From the NCBI GenBank assembly GCA_942493055.1, contig OW818680.1, positions 4,184,529 to 4,248,528 of the forward strand: a stretch of 64,000 nt of DNA, in the 5' to 3' direction. Source of the stretch: an uncultured bacterium. GTDB taxonomy: Bacteria; Verrucomicrobiota; Kiritimatiellia; RFP12; UBA1067. Shown here piece by piece: positions 8,870 through 17,214 of this stretch (position 1 is the first letter of the stretch; each line of letters begins with the position of its first letter). The position numbers and the translations under genes were made by a program. The notes under the pieces are model-generated. The model was given only the letters and a program-made list of their open reading frames with translations. It was not told the DNA's origin and did not search any database.

Positions 8870-9706
8870 TTACTTCTTCTGAAAGACACGGACGTAGTCG
8901 ATTTCATACTGCGTCGGGAAGGGTGTCTTTGAGGGATCGCCGCCGGAGTTGCCGCCGATCGCCAGGTTCAGTAAGAGATAATGCGGTTGCTGGAAGGGAT
9001 TCTTTGGCCCCTGATCCGTCGGGTTGATCGTCTGGGAGAGGTCAATCGTGTTCAGCAGCAGATCATCGACATAAATCTTGATCGCTTCGCTGTCCCAGTC
9101 CATGCGCCAGATATGGAACTTGGTGTCCCACGCCGGATCATTGAAGGACTCCATCGGTTTCTTGCTGTTGTCCCACTTTGCCTCCCACCGTTTCTCCGTG
9201 CCCCAACAGGCATTCGCGAGGATGCTGTGTCCATAGTACTCCATGATATCGATCTCGCCGCAGCTCGGCCATTGGCCTTTGATGCCCAGCAGCCAGATCG
9301 CAGGCCAGAGACCCTTCTGGGTTTTGAATCTGGCTTTGATCTCAAAGCGTCCGTACTGCCAGCTGTGAAGTCCGCGTGTCTTGAGGCTGGAGGACGTATA
9401 CTCGATGGTCGGCCGTTTGTCGCCCCAGTATTTGGCATCCTGCTTGTATTTCGGATTGGGCTTCTGTTCCCGGCGTCCCTCGATGATGAGCTTGCCGCCC
9501 TTGCAGATTGCGTTGTCCGGCTGATACCACTGAAGCTCCTGGTTGCGTTCAAAGCCCTGCTCAAAAATCCAGTTCTTGGGATTCGGCGGACCCTCCACAT
9601 CAAACTCATCCGCCCACACCAATTGATATCCATTAGTCGCTGCTCCCGCCGCCACGCAGAGCGACATCACCCCCGCCATTATTCCCCATACGATTCCATG
9701 CTTCAT
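8870..9706 (-). CDS. GH16 family beta-glucanase (laminarinase-like)
   Basis: Signal peptide present. The GH16 catalytic ExDxxE motif GEIDIMEYYG and the GH16-typical WPAIWLLG block are both present. Confidence 0.9.
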   Translation of the reverse strand: MKHGIVWGIMAGVMSLCVAAGAATNGYQLVWADEFDVEGPPNPKNWIFEQGFERNQELQWYQPDNAICKGGKLIIEGRREQKPNPKYKQDAKYWGDKRPTIEYTSSSLKTRGLHSWQYGRFEIKARFKTQKGLWPAIWLLGIKGQWPSCGEIDIMEYYGHSILANACWGTEKRWEAKWDNSKKPMESFNDPAWDTKFHIWRMDWDSEAIKIYVDDLLLNTIDLSQTINPTDQGPKNPFQQPHYLLLNLAIGGNSGGDPSKTPFPTQYEIDYVRVFQKK

Positions 9707-9715
9707 CTTTTTTCC

Positions 9716-10171
9716 TTATTTTTTTCTCGATGTTAAATCCAAGAGACTCTGTGGATAGCCTTTGCCGTAGACAATGAGAGGGGCGAGAAAGAGTGAGACC
9801 ACAATAAGAAACGTTAAGTAGTCGTGATAGGATACTTGCCCCCTGTTAGAAATATCGACAGCCATATTCGCGATTGTCCCGATGAGAAGAGTTGAAAAAA
9901 TCGTGGCATACATGAAACGTGCTGGACGTGAAATAGACCTCCAGCAAAAGCTCATGAGGGATGATACGCATGCGGTTATGCCTAACAGAAGGCCGAGTCC
10001 CTGAAGACGTGCGATGAGCGGGAGGCTGACTGCATGGGCATGATTCTTTGCAGGCTCGGCCATTTCGGGAATGGTGCGAGGAATGATCGAGAGAGCCGCA
10101 AGGGTGATGAGACCGATGAGCAGAACGTTCCAGATGTATTTAAGAGTCGTCTTCAAAGCGTTTGTGGTCAT
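9716..10171 (-). CDS. Hypothetical integral membrane protein (4 transmembrane segments)
   Basis: A 151-aa ORF made mostly of hydrophobic segments, at the start of a lower-GC stretch. Confidence 0.5.
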   Translation of the reverse strand: MTTNALKTTLKYIWNVLLIGLITLAALSIIPRTIPEMAEPAKNHAHAVSLPLIARLQGLGLLLGITACVSSLMSFCWRSISRPARFMYATIFSTLLIGTIANMAVDISNRGQVSYHDYLTFLIVVSLFLAPLIVYGKGYPQSLLDLTSRKK

Positions 10172-10179
10172 TTCGAAAA

Positions 10180-10595
10180 GCTTCTCAATCGCTTGCGGTT
10201 AATCAAGCCAATGAAATTGCTATGATTGCTTTTTATCCTGTAAAAATCAAGCGAAACTTCTGAATTGATCCGCGGTTGGAAAACTCTTTCCCCACGGAAC
10301 ACACGGAATGTCACGGAAAAAGAACCAAATCATTTCTTCTGTGTTCTTCCTGTGCGTATGACAAGGCTTACCTATAGCTTCAGTTTTTACCGCAAAGAAC
10401 ACAAAGATCTCAAAGATGAACTTCTGTATGCACTGTTTTGTAATTTGGGTTAACCTGTTTTCTCTGTGTTCTATGCGTTCTTCCTGACCGCCGTAGCCTT
10501 GGCGTAGGCTGGTTGTGGTTAAAAAATCTCAATCCGCGTCAATCCGCGCAATCCGTAGCTAAAAGTTATCCCTCCGTTTATTTGTGTGGTCTTTG
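10180..10595. repeat. Cluster of dispersed repeat modules (taaaaatcaagcgaaactt; tttaccgcaaagaacacaaagatctcaaagat; ccgccgtagccttggcgtagg)
   Basis: 10383-10590 is a near-duplicate of 48615-48775. 10232-10250 matches 13179-13197. 10487-10506 matches the reverse complement of 3335-3354. The small ORF 10265-10453 is repeat-encoded. Confidence 0.75.
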
Positions 10596-10598
10596 CTG

Positions 10599-11180
10599 TC
10601 AGAGGTTTTTCCACTCAAATGACTCAGCGATGAGATCGTAGCCAGGACGGTTGATGCGCTCGTCTTCATCATATCGCATTTCAATGATGACGACGGTTGC
10701 TTGGGGATTGCCCAGGCCAAAGACTCGGATACTTGCTATTCCGACAGCAAGAAAACCTCGCAGGTGTATTCCGTATCCCTTTTGTTTTCCCCACGTTTCA
10801 AAAGGCGTTTCAGTTCTGTTCAGCAGGAGTTTCTTCATCTTCTCCGCAATGGCATCAGCGCCCTCTTGCGGGGTGATCTGCGGATCAAAGAATTGTACGA
10901 TGACTGAACCTTGAGCAGGAGCATCGATGCCGAAATAGGTGTCTAGATCATAATCCGGATCAGTCGTATCGACCTTCCAGTTGCCAGGGTATTTGAAGGT
11001 GAAATATCGGCTGGAGATTTCTCTCGGATGCTGGATGTCAGCAGGCCTCGCCCTCTCAAATATTCCAACAGCAATCTCGCGTAAGGCGTGCGGCCCGAGC
11101 CAGCAGCCCAGAGCGATGAGTGCCGACAGCGCACTCAACCAGATGCACCCCAATACAATAAATATCGTTCGCTTCTTCAT
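10599..11180 (-). CDS. Hypothetical exported protein
   Basis: A 193-aa ORF with an N-terminal transmembrane or signal segment (IFIVLGCIWLSALSALIALGC), in the lower-GC island. Confidence 0.5.
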   Translation of the reverse strand: MKKRTIFIVLGCIWLSALSALIALGCWLGPHALREIAVGIFERARPADIQHPREISSRYFTFKYPGNWKVDTTDPDYDLDTYFGIDAPAQGSVIVQFFDPQITPQEGADAIAEKMKKLLLNRTETPFETWGKQKGYGIHLRGFLAVGIASIRVFGLGNPQATVVIIEMRYDEDERINRPGYDLIAESFEWKNL

Positions 11181-11259
11181 GGTTTCTTTAGTTACAGGCC
11201 TTGGGCGGTAATAATTAAAAAATAGGTTCCTATTCTATCCTGAATATTGAAACAGTGAC

Positions 11260-12327
11260 TTAACGTGACAGATTGGACAGTTTTTTAGGGTTGTTCGTTA
11301 TTGGTTTATTCTCTTTCTTCTGAAGAAACGACTTTAAGGTTCCAGCTTTCTTTTGCCTGATCCACTCCTCAATGCAGATAACTTCTTCCGTCATGTGTAG
11401 TTTGCGAAGTTGATCATAAGTAGAGATTACTTGGAGCGCTCCTTCGTATGCATGGTCCAGTTTATGTCCACCTCTGAGTTGGGGCTCGATATTGCCAGCT
11501 ATATAAGCGGCCAAGAGCACGTGCCCCTGTTTGTATTCGCGGTCACCTATCCAGGGGCAGCTCTGGGCATCAATATTTACAATTACATCTTCAGACTCCT
11601 GCGCAAAGTTCACGATGAGTCTCATGATTGCAAGTACCTGCTCGCTCGATGGATCCTTTTGAAATAGCTCGATTGCTTTCAGAATGGATTGGGATGTTGA
11701 GCCTTTACTTCCTGCCCCGGCGTTTTTTAACATCTGGGATAGATCTGCGACGAGGTGCTCAGAGGTCTTGCGGCCATCTTCGATATCCTTCTTTGCGTAA
11801 GACAAGCGCGCTTTGACGAATCTGCCAGCAAACCCTGTGATGAAAGTTTCAGAGATCAGTTTTACACCATCAGTTGCATCTTTAACGTGAACAAATTCAA
11901 ATTTGACCCATCTGAACTGAAATGGTCCTGTGGCTGGACGCACTCCCTGGTCTGTTTGTGTGAGATTCTTATAGTCGCCTCGCTCCTGCATAAGCTCTAA
12001 AACTTTTTTAACGGATTGTGCCTCCTCTGTTACGAGCTTACTGTTATGACCTTTAGGAATATCGGCGACCTGCTTGTCGTAAACATAGATATCTGCCTTA
12101 GTTAAATCCTTGCCTTCATAACGCAAGGAGTACCCGAGGCCGGGTTCATCATAACTATGTGTTTTGTAAAACGTTAACCCGCCCAGCGTTTGCGGGAATG
12201 TCAAGCCCGTATCAGGGTCTCTATAGGCTGGCGTGGCTCCCTCTTGGGCAATGATGTAGCTTGTAATCGTTGCTAGCAGTATAGCTGCGAGAGGTCCTGT
12301 TATTTTCATCATCATCTCCGATCTCAA
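11260..12327 (-). CDS. Hypothetical secreted protein
   Basis: A 355-aa ORF with a signal peptide (KITGPLAAILLATITSYIIAQE) and AT-rich codon usage unlike its neighbours. No recognisable motifs. Confidence 0.55.
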   Translation of the reverse strand: MRSEMMMKITGPLAAILLATITSYIIAQEGATPAYRDPDTGLTFPQTLGGLTFYKTHSYDEPGLGYSLRYEGKDLTKADIYVYDKQVADIPKGHNSKLVTEEAQSVKKVLELMQERGDYKNLTQTDQGVRPATGPFQFRWVKFEFVHVKDATDGVKLISETFITGFAGRFVKARLSYAKKDIEDGRKTSEHLVADLSQMLKNAGAGSKGSTSQSILKAIELFQKDPSSEQVLAIMRLIVNFAQESEDVIVNIDAQSCPWIGDREYKQGHVLLAAYIAGNIEPQLRGGHKLDHAYEGALQVISTYDQLRKLHMTEEVICIEEWIRQKKAGTLKSFLQKKENKPITNNPKKLSNLSR

Positions 12328-12348
12328 AACGTGTTGAGTTAGTAGTGT

Positions 12349-12906
12349 TTATCTCTCGGGTTGTGGGTCATTTGCATGTTCCAGAGTGCAGGGCGTAACG
12401 ACATAATCAATCCCTTTGTGATTACTTTTCTCTCGGGTTCCAACGAGATAAATCGGTGACAACCCCAGGTTCTTAAGTTTGTTGATCAGGTTTGTTCGAG
12501 ATGTGTCGGAAACACGTGCATCGGCCCAGATCAGACAGGAAAAATTTTCATATTTGGCAATGCGATTTTTAAGAATAGTGTCCAAAATTGATTCAGGCAT
12601 TCCCGCGTTATGGATGGAGAATCGTCCCTTGGCATCTAACTCAATCGACAGGTCTGCTGGAGTGTCGTTTTCAATGACGAGTCCGTTTTTCATGACAGGG
12701 AGTACAATGCCAGTATTTCGATCAGCGAGTTTTACATAACGATTGAGCGCGTTATCAGAATCCCAATAATCAACCCAACGGCTATAAATATTAAAACGTA
12801 GTTCTTCTTGTGTGAGCCTGGACGGAAAAAAAACAAAGAAGCATACAGCGATTAAAGCGAACAGTGAAATGGCCACTGCATATTTTATTCGTGTTTGTTT
12901 TTTCAT
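12349..12906 (-). CDS. Hypothetical membrane-anchored protein
   Basis: A 185-aa ORF with an N-terminal transmembrane segment. Its start overlaps the downstream 71-aa ORF by 4 bp, which suggests an operon. Confidence 0.5.
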   Translation of the reverse strand: MKKQTRIKYAVAISLFALIAVCFFVFFPSRLTQEELRFNIYSRWVDYWDSDNALNRYVKLADRNTGIVLPVMKNGLVIENDTPADLSIELDAKGRFSIHNAGMPESILDTILKNRIAKYENFSCLIWADARVSDTSRTNLINKLKNLGLSPIYLVGTREKSNHKGIDYVVTPCTLEHANDPQPER

Positions 12907-13118
12907 TTCTTTTCAAGCACAACCGTAATCCATCCCCTTACGCAGAGGCCGTCGGAGTTGCCGCCAAAGCTGTGCAGGTTGGTGATGGTCCAGCCTTCTG
13001 CTAGGAAATCCTTAAGATGTTCCTCGACAAGGCCGTGCTTGTCACCGTATGACCCTACAAGCATCCTGCCTTGACCATAGGCCGAATTATCTAAATAGAT
13101 CGTTACAAGTTTCTGCAT
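12903..13118 (-). CDS. Small DUF4177-like protein
   Basis: A 71-aa ORF whose AEGWTITNLHSFGGNSDG block resembles the DUF4177 pattern (...EGWELVS...). It is translationally coupled to the upstream gene. Confidence 0.5.
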   Translation of the reverse strand: MQKLVTIYLDNSAYGQGRMLVGSYGDKHGLVEEHLKDFLAEGWTITNLHSFGGNSDGLCVRGWITVVLEKK

Positions 13119-13169
13119 ACGTACATTCTCCTGCTGGCAACCTTGCCAGTCGTGCGCTTATCATTTCGC

Positions 13170-13456
13170 TTTATGCCGTAAAAATCAAGCGAAACTTGCC
13201 TATAACTTGTTTTGTTTTAACCGCAAAAACCGCAAAGAGATTGCGCGGCTATCTCATCCGCCTCACCCGTGGATACACGGACGGCGGAATGGATAGCCGC
13301 GCAGATGAATACTGATTCCATATCCATCAGTGAAAAACAAGTCTTTCGCTGATGGATATTTGATGCTATTCCGCGCAAATGTTCGCTCCGCCGTCCATGT
13401 ATTCATGGGCGAGGCGGGCGTGACATTTGCGCTCTTGTAGCGGTTTTTGCGGTACG
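13170..13456 (+). repeat. Structured dispersed repeat of about 250-280 bp, copy A (+ orientation)
   Basis: It is about 95% identical to the reverse complement of 16925-17165. Its modules are ccgcaaaaaccgcaaag, the inverted repeat gcgcggctatc...gatagccgcgc, the hairpin ccatcagtgaaaaacaagtctttcgctgatgg, and a conserved terminal module cgcaaatgttcgctccgccgtccatgtattcatgggcgaggcgggcgtgacatttgcg. Confidence 0.85.
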
Positions 13457-13490
13457 AATTAAGATGTGTTTACCCTGATGTGTAAAGCTA

Positions 13491-16400
13491 CTATTGGGGT
13501 TCGCAGAAGAAACGCACTTCGTCGAGGCCGATATAATTGTCGCGTCCAGGATACTTGGAGGTCACGTAGATCTGGAGGTAGCGCGTCTTGACGGGCTTGG
13601 AAAAGAAGAGGGATGAGCCTTTGTAGTCTTCCGTCCCTGTGGGTTGCGGGAAGGTCAGGGCATCCACAAGCGTGCCCCACAGCTTGCCCATTTCTGCATA
13701 CTCCGCTCCGTTGGGAGGCAGACGTGTGCCGGCATAGATCTGCGCACTCTGGATGTTGCGATGGCGCTCCGTGGTGGCGTGGTTGTAGCCCCAGTAATGC
13801 AGGCCGCGTACAGTAACCACTTCGCCCAGGTCAAAGGTGATCCAGGTGTTGGTCGCGTCATAGTTCAGCCAGACATCGTTCCCGTCGCTCCACATCGCCG
13901 TGGAGACCGTGGAGTTGGTGGTGACCTCTCCAGCAGGGGAACATCCCGAACCGTTGAGGGTGTTGCGCGCAGATGAACCTCTTTTTGAATAGGTGCTTTG
14001 CGCTGTTGCAGCGACAGGTGCTCGGAAGAGTTTGTTAATGACTTTCTTCACCTCGTTACTAAAGATTACTGGGGCAATAATATTGCCATTTTCATCGCGT
14101 GGCAGACGGCTCTCGACCGTCGGAAATTCGTCCTGACGATAGGCGCGGTTGATGAGCGGTGCGGTCCGCGTGCGAGGACGATAGGGGGACTGCGCATAGA
14201 CGTCCTGCACGGTTTCAGGATCGCGCGGCGGATAGTTGGATTGGCTAAATAGCGGATCTTCCGGATCAGGATCATCCATGGTGCGCACCTCCTGTTCGCC
14301 ACGGTAGGGACAGAGCGTATCGACCCAGAGGATCAGTTTGAACAGGCTGTTTTCATCGACCTTGACCTCGTGATGTTTGCCGCTGCTGGCGATGGCGATG
14401 AGGCGGCTGTTGGCCGAGAGTTTGGTCATGGCCGGCAAGGTACGATAATCTTCAGGCCTCCAAGGATGCGCCTCGGCCAGGATCGTATCCGCAATGCCGC
14501 CCTCGCATACGCCTGGGAAGGCGCCAATCTGGCGCTTCTTTCCCAGTGTCAATGTCAGATAGGGCTCCGGGAAGGTGCCCCCGTCTACGCTCCTGCGCAA
14601 GGTCAGGTCCAGCTTCTCTTTCCCTTTGCCGTTCCCTTGATGGCATTTGCCGCAGTAGGTGTCCAGAATAGGTTGGATGTCGCGTTCATATCCGAGCGAG
14701 TAACTTGCTCCCATCGGATAGGGTTTCAGTTTGGCCGGCGGCTTTTGCAAGGCGTCTCCCTTTGCGACCACGGAGCCTGCGCTGCCTGCCTCGTGACAGC
14801 CTGTACAGCCGCGATTCTCACCGGGCATCAGGTTCGTGAAGGAGCGCATCGTGTGGAGGGCGCGATGATTTTCATCCAGGACTTGGAAGTGAAGGGTCAC
14901 GCACGGCGGTGCCTCAAAGAAGACCGAGCCGTCCGCCTCGATCGGGACTGTGCCTAAGACGCGTTTGACCCCGTCGTTGTGCGTCACGGACATTACAGGC
15001 CCTGAGTGCATGTGCGCGGGATGACCTGGATGATCCACGTCCTGTAATTTTTTTCCGAGCGTGAAGGTGATATGATCAATCGTGAGCACGCGAAGGAATT
15101 TGCCCTTCTGACGCAGGTTGGCGGCCGCGCCTTGAAAGATGTCCGCACTGTAGAAGGTCCCGCTCTTGACAGGTGCCTTGTCCTTCTGCGCGCCTGCCCA
15201 TTGAATCTGGTCAGGGATGATCGGTGGCTTCTGCCGTGGAATCACGGGCATGGGGTAGAGCAGATTGTAGGTGCCGGAGTAGATAAGTTCGCGGTTGCCA
15301 TAGATGTCCATCAGGTAAATGCAGAAGGGCGTGCTGGCGGGATGCGCATTCTCTCCCCACACGGTACGATACCGCTGACGGGCAGAGACGAGGAAGAGTT
15401 CCTTGCTCAGCGGATAAGGCGACTTATAGCCGCCAAACTTTCCTTCAACATGATAAAGCGGCGTCTCCTGGCGTTCAGCTGGCCCGTTGCCCACCTCCGC
15501 CCACGGGGTGTCCCAGGTGACCTTGGTCAGTCCGTCCGGATAGTTGAGCCCTTTCGTGCGGTCAACAATACCGATGCTGGCGTTATAGACCAGATGGTGT
15601 CCGTGTCCTGCGAACATGACGCGATGGTCTCCGGGAATCGGATGCGCCTCCATCAGCATATCCGGCCAGTAACTCTGATTGCCCCAGTAGACGCTGGTGC
15701 CTGTGCCATCGGGATTGACGGTCCACAGACTTTGAATGCGCATCAGCTCCTTGTCCGTGTACTCCCAGCGCGTATAGAGGATGCGTCCGTCCTGCAGCAG
15801 GGTCGGTGTATATTCCGGTTCATTGCCGCCGCTCAGGATATAGATGTTCTTGCCGTCTGCATCGCAACGCGCGACCAAGGTGCTGGGGTGTCCCACGGTG
15901 CACCGCGCATAACTGTTGCCCCGGTTGGTCAGGAAGACAATCTTTCCGTCCGGCAGATAGATGGGGTCCATGTCGTCATAACTGCCTGACGTGAGCTGAC
16001 GCAGTCCTGTGCCATCCACATTGATTTCATACAGGTGGAAAACGCGTTCACCTTTGGGACGGAAACAGAAGAGAATATTCTTTGCGTCAAACGATACTTC
16101 CGGCCGCCAGAACCAGCCTGATCCTGTCTCGGGCGCGACACGTGTGAGCTTGCCTCCGGGATTCAGTCCGTCCAGCATCAGCAGGCGTCCGCAGTTCAGT
16201 TGCGCCTGCGGGTAGACACGGTGCATGGATTCGTGCGGGTAGCGTTCAGGCACATCGATGAAGAGCAGCTTTGAAAAGTTGATAACCGGATCTTTGAACA
16301 TGATCTGACGTTTGAGCGTCCGGATCTTCAGATAGAGGTCAGTCAGTTGGTTGGTCGTTGCAGTTGTTGAAAGCGCAGCGAGCTCTTTTTCCAAATTGTT

Positions 16401-16691
16401 CAGACGTTCAGTATCAGCCTTCAAGAGCTGCGGGTCCATGCGCGCGCTGTAACGCTCGATCATCTGGCGTGTCCAGGTGATCTCTTCCGTGGCGCGTGTC
16501 AATGGAGCTACGTTTTCCATGCGGAAGAGCCAGTCCGCGCGCAAGAGGTCATCAGCCTCCTTTTCGTTCAGCGTCCGCGTCACAGGCTCTTTCGGTCCGT
16601 TGTCCTGATAGGGGAACTCAGTTGTCTGCGCAAAGCAGAAACATCCGCTAGCGCACAGGATCAGCGCCATCAATGGTCCGTTCATCTTCAT
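13491..16691 (-). CDS. Large secreted protein: coiled-coil N-terminus, TolB/PD40-like beta-propeller repeats, PSCyt1-type cytochrome c motifs (2 CxxCH), C-terminal discoidin-like domain
   Basis: The start was chosen at MKMNGPLMALIL (nt 16691), which has a good RBS (aagggggaaatacc); the longer ORF runs to 16763. PD40-like repeats (DGKIVFLTNRGNSY, DGRILYTRWEY). Heme motifs CTGCH and YERDIQPILDTYCGKCHQGNGKGKEKLDL, the latter following the PSCyt1 pattern V.PIL...C..CH. It is paralogous to 30734-34033 and 61094-end. Confidence 0.8.
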   Translation of the reverse strand: MKMNGPLMALILCASGCFCFAQTTEFPYQDNGPKEPVTRTLNEKEADDLLRADWLFRMENVAPLTRATEEITWTRQMIERYSARMDPQLLKADTERLNNLEKELAALSTTATTNQLTDLYLKIRTLKRQIMFKDPVINFSKLLFIDVPERYPHESMHRVYPQAQLNCGRLLMLDGLNPGGKLTRVAPETGSGWFWRPEVSFDAKNILFCFRPKGERVFHLYEINVDGTGLRQLTSGSYDDMDPIYLPDGKIVFLTNRGNSYARCTVGHPSTLVARCDADGKNIYILSGGNEPEYTPTLLQDGRILYTRWEYTDKELMRIQSLWTVNPDGTGTSVYWGNQSYWPDMLMEAHPIPGDHRVMFAGHGHHLVYNASIGIVDRTKGLNYPDGLTKVTWDTPWAEVGNGPAERQETPLYHVEGKFGGYKSPYPLSKELFLVSARQRYRTVWGENAHPASTPFCIYLMDIYGNRELIYSGTYNLLYPMPVIPRQKPPIIPDQIQWAGAQKDKAPVKSGTFYSADIFQGAAANLRQKGKFLRVLTIDHITFTLGKKLQDVDHPGHPAHMHSGPVMSVTHNDGVKRVLGTVPIEADGSVFFEAPPCVTLHFQVLDENHRALHTMRSFTNLMPGENRGCTGCHEAGSAGSVVAKGDALQKPPAKLKPYPMGASYSLGYERDIQPILDTYCGKCHQGNGKGKEKLDLTLRRSVDGGTFPEPYLTLTLGKKRQIGAFPGVCEGGIADTILAEAHPWRPEDYRTLPAMTKLSANSRLIAIASSGKHHEVKVDENSLFKLILWVDTLCPYRGEQEVRTMDDPDPEDPLFSQSNYPPRDPETVQDVYAQSPYRPRTRTAPLINRAYRQDEFPTVESRLPRDENGNIIAPVIFSNEVKKVINKLFRAPVAATAQSTYSKRGSSARNTLNGSGCSPAGEVTTNSTVSTAMWSDGNDVWLNYDATNTWITFDLGEVVTVRGLHYWGYNHATTERHRNIQSAQIYAGTRLPPNGAEYAEMGKLWGTLVDALTFPQPTGTEDYKGSSLFFSKPVKTRYLQIYVTSKYPGRDNYIGLDEVRFFCEPQ

Positions 16692-16924
16692 GGTATTTCC
16701 CCCTTCATCGAGACAGTGATCATCCATTAAACTGGCAACTTCCCGTAACATATTGAAGACCATTTAACCACACATGTGAAAGAAGATGCAATGCCGATTT
16801 TATTCAGTGTTGAAGATTGGTATTTTCGCACGCGCTTCAAGCAGATTGCTTGGGCATTGGATCCACTGGGATAATTGAATTTAAAACTGTCCATAGGTGA
16901 TAAGCTAAGAAGGAAATACTTTTT

Positions 16925-17165
16925 TCGCAAAAGCCGCGAAGAAGAGCGCAAATGTCACGCCCGCCTCACCCATGAATACATGGACGGCGGAGCGAACATT
17001 TGCGCGGGGCAATCTCAAATATCCATCAGCGAAAAACTTGTTTTTCGCTGATGGATATGAAATCAGTATTCATCTGCGCGGCTATCCATTCCGCCGTCCG
17101 TGTATCCACGGGTGAGGCGGATGAGATAGCCGCGCAATCTTTTTGCGGTTTTTGCGGTAAAATGA
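16925..17165 (-). repeat. Structured dispersed repeat of about 250 bp, copy B (inverted relative to copy A)
   Basis: Its reverse complement aligns to 13205-13456 with only a few mismatches. With copy A it forms inverted repeats bracketing the 13491-16691 gene. The conserved module end faces the gene start. Confidence 0.85.
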
Positions 17166-17214
17166 TTTTAGAGCGAAGTTTTGCAAATTGCCATCTTCTG
17201 GGGCGTGGCAATGT

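Noticed and set aside
10265-10453. A 62-aa ORF, and the ORF 48476-48685, both containing FYRKEHKDLKD(E/Q)LL
   Set aside because: The shared peptide arises because both ORFs read through copies of the same dispersed repeat (tttaccgcaaagaacacaaagatctcaaagat). They are not independent genes.
15072-15989. A 305-aa + strand ORF inside the beta-propeller/cytochrome gene. The ORFs at 14370-14957 (+), 23185-24387 (+, inside purL), 41756-43627 (+, inside the GH2 gene), 58746-60056 (+, inside the histidine kinase gene), 62861-63847 (-, inside the third paralog) and 50272-51315 (-) were rejected on the same grounds.
   Set aside because: These are long antisense ORFs opposite well-supported genes in roughly 60-65% GC DNA. 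Their compositionally biased products (R/A/G/P-rich) have no motifs, so they were treated as frame shadows.
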